DNA from: Octopus bimaculoides
Taxonomy: Eukaryota
Direction: 5' to 3'
Assembly: GCF_001194135.2 (NCBI RefSeq)
Contig: NC_068982.1
Location: 155,640,698 to 155,704,697 of the forward strand
Length of the DNA: 64,000 nt
The notes under the pieces were generated by a model. The model worked only from the letters and a program-made list of their open reading frames with translations, was not told where the DNA came from and did no database searches. Of this stretch, positions 51,129-64,000 are shown piece after piece. The position numbers and the translations under genes are program-made. Positions within the stretch are counted from its first letter, which is position 1. The number at the start of each line of letters is the position of its first letter.

Positions 51129-52558
51129 TAGAAAGGAAAGTGAAGGGAAGATGTTGAAACCTGATATGGTTATAAAATTTACATCGTATTTAACCTCATG
51201 ATAGCCAAAGTTCAGTGGGCGTTACTGCCTCAAACTTGTATTTTATGAAAATTTGAAAATAAAAAAACCCTGCTGTTTAACCACATTGAATTAGCATAGT
51301 AGTTAGGCCAACAGAGCTACCTTTTGGTGGTATGTAGGATGTTGGAAAATGAAGTTATATATAGAATTTATTGTTGTTTCCCCACAAATTATTTTCTACA
51401 AATGTAAGAGAAAAAAAACCCACAAAAAATAAAAAAGGAAAGACAATACTATAATACTTAAAGTACACAAAGCTGTAATGATAATAGAAATAAGGAAAAT
51501 AAATATTCATAGAGGTATAAGAAGAAAAAGATAAAGGTGAGACAGCCACTGGAGAAAACATATATAGGAATAAATCACAGTAATTGTTTTAGTTCTTATT
51601 AAATAGATGAATGAAGCAAGTCAACAAGAGTGACCATGCAAGACCTGCTACAAATACCAGCAGCATCACCCTCAAATATCACTCAAGTTGTATTTTTATA
51701 CTAAGTAAAGCCTTGCAGAAGATACAATTTCACACAAGTGTTTTTAATTTACCTACACATCTGTAAGGGTGTCTCTATACAACTTTGAAAAACATTAGTA
51801 GATTTACATGAAAGTTAATAGAAGCTGTTACTGAAATGTAGTTACAGGTGACAGAAAGTGTGTTGAAAATCATGTGTCTTTAGATTGATCTGGCTGCAAA
51901 ACCACTTTGGCAAAGTACCTGCTGCCATGATTTCAAGTAGGTGAAACTGTACATGCAGGAGATCTTAACCTTTTATCTTTTACTTGTTTCACTCATTGGA
52001 TTGTCACCATGCTGGAACACTACTTTGAAGGGATTAGTTGAACAAATTGACTTCAATACTAATTTTAAGCTTGATACTTATTCTATTAATTTCTTTTGCC
52101 AAACTGCTAAGTTACAGGGGCATAAACAAATGAACACCAGTTGTCAAGCAGTGGTGGGAGGCAAACACATGGATAGACACACACACAGGTGTGTGTGTGT
52201 GTGTGTGTGTGTGACAAGCTTCTTTCAGTCCCTGTCTAACAAATCCACCAATAAGGATTTGTTTCTTCTGATATAACAACACAGACCCTATATTCCATAC
52301 AATGCAGTGATGTTTTAAGAATTTCATTTCACTTCTCAGAAGTCTAATCACTGTTGTTTGAAAGCTGATAATGTTTGATAGTTTATTAATGTTGCCTACT
52401 AACTACTATTATTTGATTGATATTATTCCTATTTGACAGCTATTATTTTGTCTCCAAGGGCAATTTGCTTCTAAAAACTTACATTACAATGCAGAAGTGA
52501 AAGAGTAATGATTAGCAAGTCTTCATAAAAAAAAAAAAAGAGAGACCAGATAGTAACA

Positions 52559-52594
<36 letters not shown>

Positions 52595-52632
52595 NNNNNN
52601 NNNNNNNNNNNNNNNNNNNNNNNNNNNNNNNN

Positions 52633-52676
<44 letters not shown>

Positions 52677-54252
52677 TAAAAAATAAGGAGAGAAAAACAG
52701 AGGGGAAAGAAAGATATATATAGAGGGAAATGCTCTGCATATATATGTCAGAAAAACTATCCAACATTCCCCAACAAAAACCTAACTTACTCATTACCAA
52801 TTATTGAAAATATGATGGAAAGTCTAGTAGCTTCAAGTAAACATTCACAATAGAAAGATGAAAATCAATACACACACAAATCATTTATATTATATGGAGC
52901 ATGTGCACACGCACACAACACACAAAATTTATCACCATCATTTACCATCTTTGTTCCATGCTGGTATGGGTTGGATGGTCTGACATCATCTGATGGGTCC
53001 AAGGACTGCGTCATGCTCTGTTGTCTCATTTAGAATGGTTCTATTCTTAGATGTCCTTTCTAATGCCAACCACTTTACAGCATGTATTGGGTACAAGTAA
53101 GTCACTATGAAGCTTGTAAAACTATGAACTACTAGTCTTCCAAATCTTATAGAGGAAACATTCAACTCAATTGTCCATAATACTATACAACAAGCTAATA
53201 AATATTTTTTATTTAAAATTAACACACATTTAAACATTATCAAAGAATTATTTTAATAAAATTTAAATATAACAAATATAATAAAACACACTAATACTAA
53301 TAATAAATATAATAAGCAAACCTTAGTTAGAATATAGGTGAAAGGTTCAGCAAGCAGTGAAATGACTACACCTAAAAGAAGCCATCTGCATCTAACCAAC
53401 ATGCATTTAATGCATAGGATAGTTCAATCACTGGACTCTGCATAGGAGTCATAAAACAGTTACAGAAGTCTGGTGCAGGCTTCTGTCTGGCTGGCTCTTG
53501 TCAAACCATCTCACCCATGCCAGCATGGAAGGTAAATGTTAAACGATGATGATGATGCTAATATATAAAACATTAAGATAAAAAGCTCACAATATACATA
53601 TGAATCCAGTATGTATCGATAAAATTTCTACAATAACTTTCTAATCTTTCCTTTCACAAAAATCCCTGAAAGCAAGCATAACAGCAGAAATTGGTTGTTA
53701 GTGTACTAATGGACTAATAGCTGGAGTAATATGGTCTTACATAAATATCAATAGGAAAATCCTAATAACCGTTGTAATTGTTTTGTTGAAGAGGATTTAT
53801 GATTGTTGAATAATATAAAAGATATTGGCATAAAATGGATGTGTGTTTATAATTTTCTTTATGACTTGATCATGAGATGACCTTTTGCCAAACTTCTAAG
53901 ATAGGTTAGAGGAAAGTAGGAATTTGTCCTCAAACTCAAGACCTAACCTGAATGCTTGCTACAGAGTGGTCTCTGCTAAAAGCACACAAGGGTCAGGTAG
54001 TAGCAGTTAAACCAAGCCATCATTAAGTCTACCAGGCACACAATATATGCATGAATATATATATATATATATTTATTTATTTATATGCATATAAGCTCTG
54101 ATTATTTAAGTGTTCAGTCAAGTAATCTATTAAGAACATTAATCAGGTTTACTAATAAGTATACACCAACACTTGAGCAGAATTACAGCCATAATACCAT
54201 CTAAGCTAGCTGTATAGAGGTACAGAAATTAAACACACATTTGCAATGAATA

Positions 54253-54289
<37 letters not shown>

Positions 54290-55406
54290 GTACAAGAGTG
54301 AGAGAGATATAATGAAGACAAAGCAGGCAGTCCAATTAATGAATTACTGGTGCGTTAACAGTGTTTTGTTTCAATGCTATGCTATACTACAGAATATATC
54401 TATAGATTTTTTTTTCTGTAGTGCAGTCTATCAAAACAGTCAAATTACTCTGTACTCTTATGGGTGAAAGTTATATCAAGACAGAATAACCGTTCAGGAT
54501 TAATCCAAATGTGTTAGTGGGTTGGAAAGTGGGTTAAAATAAGAGAAAGAACAGGTGAATGATATAAGTTGTTTTTGAAAAGCTAATTTAGTTTAATTAA
54601 TTACAAGCATTACTTACTTTAATAACACCACTTATAAATCATTCCATATCTTTAAACAGATGACTAAATTCATAAACCAGACAACTTTGCCTGCTATTCT
54701 TTTCAGCTGGTTCCTAACCAGCCTTATTGACAGATACTATTTGGCAGTTTAAGATATAAAATGTATAAATATAATCTTAATGAAAGTCGTGTTTTTCTTT
54801 ACATAAAAATGTTTATATAAATATATCACTGCATCAGACACTACCAACTTTTAAATATATATTTGTTTTATAAATTCATTGGTTTATTTCAATTATTCAG
54901 TGAACTATTTAATTAATCTCAGGATAAGCCAACAAGCACATCTCTACACTGTCTCTTGACATGCTAGAACTAACAGCCAAACCACCCCTCAAATCACACT
55001 TTCCTATCACAAATGTAGTTTTAGATGCAGTCTTAAAAATAATAGACAACATGGTCACACTAGAATGCATTTGATCATTCTTCTGCTTGACCAGAGATGA
55101 CATGTGGTCAAATAACAACTAATTTGACTAATCAAATAATGCTTTGTCTACCGTTTCTACAAAAGATACTATGGTTAAGCTGGAATACATCTGGTTATAG
55201 GTCTGCTCACCCATCGCTGACCTAGGGTTAAATAGCAACAGCTAATTTTACAATGCTGCTCACCATTATTACAAAAGTCAGCAAGATCATGCTGGAATGT
55301 ATTTAATCATAAGTCACTCTGACCAGGATTGACCTGGAGCTAAACAACAACTAACTTCCAAACCTACTTTAGAAAAAGGAAACCGCTTGATCTGCTATCA
55401 TCTTAA

Positions 55407-55633
55407 CCCTTTAACATTCAAATTATTCTGAAAATATATTGCTTATTTATTCACATTGCTTTGAATTAAACATACATTATCTTGTAGCTTTAAGATTTCA
55501 ATGATGTGCTTATATTTACTTTTGAACAGACATTGTAAGGTAAGTGTGAGAGGCCAAATCTACTTGTATTATGTTTGAATATAAAACAGGTAGAATATTT
55601 GGACTGGATGTGGCTGGTTTAAATGCTAAAGGG
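55407..55633. mobile_element. piggyBac-type MITE (family M1)
   Basis: TTAA|CCCTTTAACATT ... AATGCTAAAGGG|TTAA; second copy at 63657-63873. Confidence 0.85.
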
Positions 55634-55803
55634 TTAAATAGGAAAAGAACATACTGTAGTCCTACATATCATCTAAAATATTGGAACAATTCACCCGAGG
55701 TTAAACATCATCCAAAATGAAGTAAATATGTCCCCACTGATATATTAAAAAACAACAAAAAAACTAATGAACGTTAACCCTTTCCCTGGTGTCCATGCAT
55801 TAT

Positions 55804-56175
55804 ATCATCATCATCATTTAACGTCCACTTGCCATGCTAGCATGGGTTTGACGGTTTGACAGAGGGATGGCGAACCAGAAGGCTGCACCAAGCTCCAATC
55901 TGATCTGGCAGAGTTTCTACAGGTGGATGTCCTTTCTAGCGCCAACCACTCCAAGAGTGTAGTGGGTGCTTTTACATGCCACTGGCATGAGGGCCAGTCA
56001 GGCAGTACTGGCATTGACCACACTCAAATGGTGCTTTTTATGTGCCACTGGCACAGGAGCCAGTCAGGTGGCATTGGCAATGACTATGCTTGAATGGCGT
56101 TTTTACGTGCCATCAGCACAGGAGCCAGTCAGGCGACACTGGCAACGATCTCGCTTGAATGGTGCTTTTAACGTG
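55804..56175 (-). mobile_element. RTE 3'-tail repeat with ~65-bp internal tandem units
   Basis: units start at 55967, 56032, 56098 and 56163. Confidence 0.85.
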
Positions 56176-56439
56176 AAATCCACACTTATGCTATGATCGA
56201 GTTTTTAAAAGAAAGTATTTAACCTTAATTAACAATAACTTATTTTATAATATAAATTATTGTATGACTACTAAATATTTGGTGGCAAAATGTGATTACA
56301 TGCATACATTTTAATGAAAAGGAAAAAACAAAAACATTACATAGAGTTCATATATTTATTTAAAGCTAGTTTCAAATTTTCTTTGTTTAACATGACTCAT
56401 TAAACAATGGAGACCTAAAAGTTAGTGGTGACAGACAGA

Positions 56440-56940
56440 AGCCTTAGCTGTGTGTGTATATTCAGGCTATTGACCAAGCTATAAGACGTTATATACCACT
56501 GGTCACAATGTGCTTCCAGTTCTTTCATGAGTGTATTCTTCTTTTCCATATTGGCTCAAATCATTTAACAAAATCATCTTCTCATCGTTGTGGAAGCCTT
56601 CTGAGTGGCCTTTTCTGATTTCTTGGATACTACTTGGCATGTGACATGTTCACCCAGCTCTATCCTTGAATTACCTAATTTCCGACATGCTCTTACACTA
56701 ATATTCCAAGCACGAATCTTTCTATGGCCCTTTGTGTCATAGCCAATTGATGTTCTTCCCTCTTTATAGTAGCCCATGTATCATATGCACACACACACAC
56801 TGAAACATGCTCAAAGTAGCTTCCATGTACACTAAAGATCAGGTTCACTTGCCACTGTGCGTCCTCAATCAATTTGAATTTCAGAAGGTTCGCCTTGTCT
56901 TTGACAAGAATTATCATTAATGCTAATAATTTTGCATTTT
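56440..56940 (-). mobile_element. RTE-1-like LINE C-terminal remnant
   Basis: YDTWATIKREEHQLAMTQRAIERFVLG resembles the RTE-1-type ETW...TQRAMERxMLG motif. Confidence 0.65.
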
Positions 56941-57547
56941 GTTAGGATTATTGTTTTAACAGACAAAAATAATATTTGGGCCATTATAGTGAATATTGTA
57001 GTTCCACTAGACATTTTCTTTGTGTAGAAAGAAGGCATCCCTGGAGAATTTTCCCATGTTATATATATAAATAGATGGACAACAGATGTTCAATGATGAT
57101 CACACACACACACACATATTCATGAAAACATACATCTACACACATGCAGGTACACATATATGCACATGTCACATATATCTATTTATCTATTGTACATTTT
57201 GAGTATTTATGTTTATTTCTGAAAATATGAACTTTTGAGTATATTTTCATAATGCAATCTGTTATGGGTGTGAAATTAAGAGACACAAATTAATAATGCA
57301 TAATGAATGCAAAATTTAACACATATGGAGGTGCAATTTTCTCAGCAATATTTCTACTCTTATTAACATGTGTAGTTGAGATATACCTAATTGTGGCAAG
57401 TAAAAGCAGATAGATCTACCAACATTCATATTGTGAAAGTAAATAAGTTATCTCAGTGAACATCTGCTTGACAGTCGTGTTAGTGAAACAGATTATCAGA
57501 CATTTAAGGAATCTAACATCCTCTGTAGGGAGCATACGCTACAGACT

Positions 57548-57583
<36 letters not shown>

Positions 57584-59479
57584 AGACATGTCTGCAACCT
57601 AGTTTTAATTACCTGTGAACTACCTGGCTGATGAAGTTAGCTAGCTAAATTATTTATGTTGCTAACAAAAGCTCTTGGTAATGGGATGAATATCGCAACT
57701 TCATTCACTCTCTTTGTGGTCAAACATTCTGCTAGGAATGGTAGCCAAATCTCCTTCAAATCTCACTACTGTTTTAAAAAGGAGAAAAGATATTAGATAA
57801 TATTGGAAATATTTTTGATTGCAGAGCTAACCTAACAAGAAAACAATTTTTATTTCAGCTAAAAATTCAAAGTTTTTCATTTAATTCATCATCATCATTA
57901 CTTAATGTCTGTTTCCATACTGGCATGGGTTGGATGGCTTGATAGGAGCTGGTAAAACCAGAGGCCACACCAAGTTCCATTGTCTGTTTTCGATTGGTTT
58001 CTACAGCTAGATGCCCTGCCTAATGCCAACCTCTTTACAGAGTGTACTGGGTGCTTTTTACATGGCACTAGCACCAGTGCTTTTTATGTGGTACTAAGGG
58101 ATGTAACAGGAAACCGCTACCATCATAACAAGTTATATCCAGAAATATATCTGGCTTTAATAGAAACATTACACAGACAAATATGCATTTCATTTTGTGA
58201 AACTGGCATAAATGATTGAAAGGATTTAAGTGTAAATTTTCACACATCTAAGCCTCAATGAGGTTGTTTGATCTGTAAGAAATAGCTGTCAAATCTCATT
58301 TCAATGGAGTGGTTACAGCTGGAATGCTTTGATCATCGGTTTGGTCAATGAGGAGTACTCTGGGCTAATCAGTAACAACATTGCAGTAACTAAAACGAAG
58401 GAGTGTAAAGAGAAAATGTTATAGGTAGCAGAGTTGATAGCACTTGTATTCTGTTACTGGTGTCATGTTTTGTCAAATGGCCAATGGTCAAGACACTTCA
58501 CTCTAGTTGGTTCAGACCATTACAACCCAAAGAGTCATTACTTAGTTGTTTTACTTGCTTGAAATAGCAACCAAATATCCCTCAAACCACATTATCATCA
58601 TCGATAGTTGTAATTCTGAACTATATCTAATGTGAAAGAGAAAGTACTGACTGGAATGTCTTTGGTGACAGGTTTACTCAATCCACAGTTGACCTGGGGT
58701 TAATAACAACAATCAAGTAATTATGAGTGAATAAGAGAGCCAAAATGTCATCACTTAATATGCTAGAAATAGCAAACAAATTTCTTTCAAATCACACCAA
58801 CTATCTTAAAAAAAAACAAAAAACATTGGATGATATAGTCCAAGATAAATTACACATGGGAAAGCAACAACAACAACAACACTGTATAATTAGCAGTGAG
58901 TCATTATCTTGCAGTTCTGACTTCAACTTTTGGACCTGAAGAAACAGAAAGTGCTGAGACTATATCATATTGTAAAACCCTGTTGGTTGATAATGGTTTA
59001 TGTATGATGATTAATGTGTTAGAGTCCATCCCATATTGAATTCATTATCAACAAACAGCAACAACTCGGTGAATACCTTATTTGATGAGACATGATTTGG
59101 TTGCAACAATGTGGAAGGAGGGAGGAGGAGAAGAAAAACATTGGGTTATTTATCCTTTCCTTTGTGATATTCATTTCAGTTTTGTATAACTAAGTTATGG
59201 TTAAAAGAGAGCCTTTACGTGGTCATTTGACCTGATAAAACAGTTGCTAAATCACCTTCATATCAAACTGTTTTAACATAGAAGCAAAAACAGAAAAAGA
59301 AAATCACTCATCAGCTGGAATTATCACACCTGTATCACCTTTAATTGTGGGCCTGCTCAATATGATCAAGGCTACCTGGAATAAATAAGAGCAACACACA
59401 AGGAGAGAATTTGGTCACTGACTGATAAGGAACATTTCAAGTGTGTGTATGTGTGCACACACACACACACGTGTACACA

Positions 59480-59950
59480 CAGATTGGCAAGATTGATTTA
59501 GTTGTAAAATGTTCCTATGAAACTGTTGCAAGTCAGCATATGCAGAAAAGACAATTGCTAGGAGGGAACACCAGAGAATTTTGACATTTTGAAGAGAAAG
59601 GATTGGATGGGGTGGATAGTGCCCGGTATGGGGAGAGGTTGTACACAACATAAGTAACAAGACGAGATGAGTGAGGCTGAAAATAACTGAGTGTAGGTGG
59701 TACAACATAGCTGGCTCCAATAAGCAGAGGCCACCTTAGAAGCAGAGAGAGGAGACAGTATCCTTGTAGGTCAGAGGCCAGAGGATCTGTGAATGACTTT
59801 ATGCAAATCAGTAACTGTTCCCTGGATGCACTATAAGATATCTGTGCATAGAAGCAGCACCATTCCAGAAGCAGGAAGTTTATTTGAACCTTGTAAAAGA
59901 CCAGTAATTTTCTGAAGAGAAAATGCCCCCTCTGTTGTGGCATTCTGTCT
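59480..59950 (-). mobile_element. Highly degenerate LINE endonuclease remnant
   Basis: weak resemblance (LPASG..., FYA/SAY-like segments) to RTE APE domains. Confidence 0.35.
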
Positions 59951-60789
59951 CTGCCTCTTTGTCACACTAACTTTCATTCTCAGACACAAATGCCTTGCCT
60001 GTCTCATAATTCCTTGTCTTGTGAGTTACTTGGCTACGCTGCCAGTGCTGATTCCACATTCAAAGAATCCAGTCCACACTGTAATGTGGTTGGCATCTGA
60101 AAGGGCATCCAGCTGTAAAAATCTTGCCCAAACTAACTTTGCTTGTGCTAGTCCCATGTAAAAAGCACTGAGTCCACTCTGTGGAGTGGTTGGTGTTAGG
60201 AAGGGCATTCAGCTGTAAAATCCCTGCCAAAACAGATACAGTAGCCTTGGGTTGATTTTATATCTGGCTGGGTCCTGTCAACTGTCCTATCCATGCATGC
60301 ATGGAAGATGAACGTTAAACGATGATGATGAAAGGCTAGGTTTTTGAATTACAATCTTAGCTATATTAGGGACGCTTGTTCACCAGAAGAGATTGTCAGT
60401 GATACTGAAGCTTAACGTTTATTGTCTTTGCAAGGGCTGTAGTTATGCGTTGCTCATGGGGCGAGATGCAAAGCTGTATTCTTGATAAGAGTAGTGTTTG
60501 TGCTGTATTCAAATAAATAACGACTCTGCTAAGTGAGCTGAATTGCTTTATCACCAATAAAATCTCAAATACAGAGAGCAATGTATTACTGCTGTTGTTT
60601 AAAAACCTGCCATTATTGAAGGAAATGTGTTAACAATTTCAATATAAAGTCATCATAATGAAATGGTTCAGTATAACTATATTGGCTGGAATGCCTATCA
60701 TCAAAAAACATTCCAATTTTGATCCAGCTTATTTTTTTTGTTTGTTTTTCAAATACAGTGCATTTGGGGATTACATTATCCAATAATGT

Positions 60790-61510
60790 ATCATCATCAT
60801 TAAACATCCGTTTTCCATGCTGGCATGGATTGGACAGTTTGATTTGGATCTGGCCAGACACCAATTGTGTCATGTCTCTATGGCTGGATGCCCTTCCCAA
60901 CACCAACTACTTTACAGAGTGTGCTGGGTGCTTTTTATGTGCTACTGGCATAGGTGCATTTACACAACACCAGTATGAGTGCATTTTATGTAGTACTGGC
61001 ACCTGTAAAGGGAAGCTCTATGTATGGTCGACACCAATTTTACTTAGCTTGACATGTCTTCTCAAGTACAGCAAATCGCCACATTTCCCGGTCCCTTGCC
61101 ATTTTCTCAGTGAAGCCCAGCATCTGAAAATCCTTTCTCACCACTTCATTCCACGTCTTCCTGGGTCCATCCTTTCCACAGGTACCCTCCACAATTAGAG
61201 CTTGGCACTACAATCTGCCTTTCACTCTGAGGCAGAGGTCCTTAGTTACTAACAAAGGTAGAAGCTCTTTGAACTTTGCCCAGCCCGTTCTTATTCTAGC
61301 AACTACTTGCAGAACTTCCTCCTCTACTGCTAACTTGGTTGCCTAGGCAACACAAGCTATCTACAACTTCTAATGATCCCACCCCCAAGCATTTGAGAGA
61401 GTCTATTTGCACAGTTTTAGTGTTTACTGTACCCACACATAAAAGCTATCTTCTCAGTTAACCTTCCTGTGATACTGCTACACCTCTTATGTGTCCAAAG
61501 CTTGCAAACA
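60790..61510 (-). mobile_element. 5'-truncated RTE LINE with 3' UTR and (GAT)n tail
   Basis: 61200-61500 is the reverse complement of RT segment ~26150-26430 and continues into the 3'-tail repeat. Confidence 0.8.
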
Positions 61511-62022
61511 GTGATGTTTAAAGGAGATTTAGCTGCTATTTCCAGCAGGCCAAGCAACCATAGCTGACAAGGGAGTTTCTACTCCCTTGTCAGCTTGAAA
61601 ACTCGATTGAATTATCTCATGTCATTCTGATTCGACATAGACTTTAGTTTAGACCCTTCCTTTACACTACTAGCTTTATTATTTTGAGGAGTGTTGTTTA
61701 GACCCAGGCCAAATATACTGAAGCAAATCTATGATCAAAGTGACCATCTTTTTTTGTGAGCATTTAAGACTACATTATCTGATGTGTTCCTGCTTTTAAG
61801 ACAGTGGAATACGATTTAGCAGCTATTTCTAGCAGACGAGCAAGCATTTGGAATTTCCTTTTTTTGCTTGTTATAATTACAAGCAGGATGGATACTCAAA
61901 GTTAAACAGAATGAGATTAAAAAAAAATTCATGAAATAACTAATTAGTAACCAGAAACTGATGCCTTAGATTTTATACATTATTATTCTCAATAATGATA
62001 ATAATAATAATAATAATCAATA

Positions 62023-63233
62023 TCTATAAAACAGAAGATGTTTGTGTGTGTGTGTGTACGTGATGTGGGTTATGCACGTCCACAAATTAGCACGCATGTC
62101 GCTCCAATTTTAGGAGGACATTGTTCATGACCCTTATCTGTGTTTTTGTCGATAAACTTTTACCAATTTTGAAGTTTGTTGACATGGCGAAATCAAATCT
62201 GTGCGTACGCGCGTGAAGGAGAGAGAGAGCAAGAGAGAGAGAGAAAGAAAGAAAGAGAAGGAGAAAGAAAGAGAGAGAGAAAGAAAGAAATAATGTGTTT
62301 GTGACAAGGGGAGAAACAGAGTGTTTGCCAAGCGTCTAAAAAAAAAAAATGAAAAAGTGGAAGAGGGAGACAAAGCGGCTAAGGAAAAAAAAAATTTCTC
62401 TCACCAAGACAGCGTCTAACAAAAANNNNNNNNNNGAACGAACAAGTGGAAGAGGGAGACAAAGCATATTACGAAAGAAAACGTAGCTAAGGAAGATAGA
62501 GTAAAATGCATTTTTTTTCTTAAACATGAGATATAGTTTCAAATATAAGATGTTTTTGAAAGACACTATATTCTATAATAAGATTATATATACTTTATCA
62601 CATAACAATTAAAATATATTTTTTAAAAATCATTTATTTATTTTAAATCGTTCATCTTTCTCCCCCCTCTCACTCTCACACATACGCACATATACTACTT
62701 TGGGAGCGAAAGAGTTTTGTTTATATTTCACAACTATGAAACAAAAACGTATGTAACAATTTGTCAGTCACCCCCCCCCACCCGTTTTTTCGGACCACAA
62801 AAAGGGTTTGGTAATTTTTCAGATTAACACCCGCACGATTTCCACTAGGGTGTTACGGTTACGATTAGGATTAGGGTTAGGGTTAGAGTTAACCTAGAAG
62901 GGACAGGCTCCTTATTTTTTGGTTAAGGTTGTTGGTAAGCTTTCCTAAGTTACTCCAATCCAGATCCCCAATGCAAACCTTCAGATCAACCTTCTCCTAT
63001 GCAGATCTCTAATGCAACATTTAAAAAAAGAGTCAATAAGTGAAAATAACCAATAAACTGATTCCTTATGGGATTTCCCAATTAAATTGCCAGCAAACCA
63101 TTTTCAGCCAAACCAATTTCAAAGGATTTCGCTCAAATCTGATGTCGATGTTACTTATTTTGGTTTGAAATAAAGGACTTAATCATTTAATAATCCTAGC
63201 TTAATCCCGAGCAGCGCCGGGTTATACTGCTAG
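62023..63233 (+). mobile_element. Non-autonomous Helitron
   Basis: A|TCTATAAAACAGAAGATG 5' end; CCCGAGCAGCGCCGGG hairpin then CTAG|T 3' end; AT target with no TSD; internal (GA)-rich and duplicated segments. Confidence 0.8.
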
Positions 63234-63547
63234 TTAAGTATAAAATCAAAATGGATAGAAGTAGTTCACTTCACAGCCATGTGATTCCTGGCTTGATACC
63301 ACTATGTAGTTCTTTGAGTAAGTATCTTTTACTATAATCACAGGTTGATCAACATACTGGGGTTAAAACTTGGTAGACAGAAAACTACATGGAAGCCTGC
63401 TGTAAATATCTATATTGTGTATACCACTGTAAATATCTTAAAAGATGTCATTAAAGGGAATTTAACTGTAAGCTAACCACTTGGTAAAGAAGACTGATAA
63501 AATGTGCACCAAACTAATTAATTACTGGAGCACATATAATTGATTAA

Positions 63548-63990
63548 CCATTTTAATTCCAATGCACCCAAGACTGCACCTAGCTCTATGATACAAGTTT
63601 CTTGTTTTCAAGTGATCTAAATTAAAATCTTCCATCAGAATTTTATGTATATTTAACCCTTTAGCATTCAGATTATTCTATTAAATGTAATGCTCATTTA
63701 TTCACATTGTTTTGAATTAATCATGCATTTTCTTGTAGCTTTGATATCATGATGTGATTGTTTATTTTTTAGAATGACATGGTAGGTAGGTGTGAGAGGC
63801 CAGATATGACCAGTTTTAACTTAAAACAAGTAGAGTATTTGGGCTGGATATGGCCAGTTTAAATGCCAAAGGGTTAAGTTGAAAGCACCAGCTTAATAAT
63901 GACAAAGTTATTTGACTAAATTTTTCATTATTTTCAAAAGTAATAAGAACAAGAGCAGTGTATATCAACAAAAATATGGTAACAAAATGG
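63548..63990. mobile_element. TTAA-flanked MITE (family M2) interrupted by an M1 MITE
   Basis: TTAA|CCATTTT ... AAAATGG|TTAA; homologous to 14534-14714. Confidence 0.75.
63657..63873. mobile_element. piggyBac-type MITE (family M1), nested
   Basis: TTAA|CCCTTTAGCATT ... AATGCCAAAGGG|TTAA; homologous to 55407-55633. Confidence 0.85.
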
Positions 63991-64000
63991 TTAAAAACCC

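Overview
AT-rich, microsatellite- and repeat-dense eukaryotic scaffold with six N gaps. The repeat families and composition resemble an octopod cephalopod genome (inference). Host genes: the last three coding exons of importin-9 (IPO9, + strand, 209-2189), intronless ARL6/BBS3 (22218-22790, -), intronless WDR18/IPI3 (28606-29949, -) and a four-coding-exon SAMD8/SMSr gene (35702-46333, -) with a plausible extra upstream coding exon at 47262-47280. The rest is largely mobile-element debris: RTE- and CR1-like LINE fragments, over 20 copies of an RTE 3'-tail repeat, tRNA-headed SINEs, a near-full-length DD37D (maT) Tc1/mariner fossil, TTAA-flanked piggyBac-type MITEs (one nested in another), a hAT remnant and Helitron termini. 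The most unusual observation is an internal IPO9 exon lying inverted about 11 kb downstream of the gene's stop codon. It lacks AG at the expected acceptor, sits about 80 bp past a Helitron 3' end, and is beside an assembly gap, so either Helitron transduction/inverted duplication or misassembly could explain it. I found no convincing evidence of a new multi-gene system. Gene and element assignments are from recalled motifs, not database searches.
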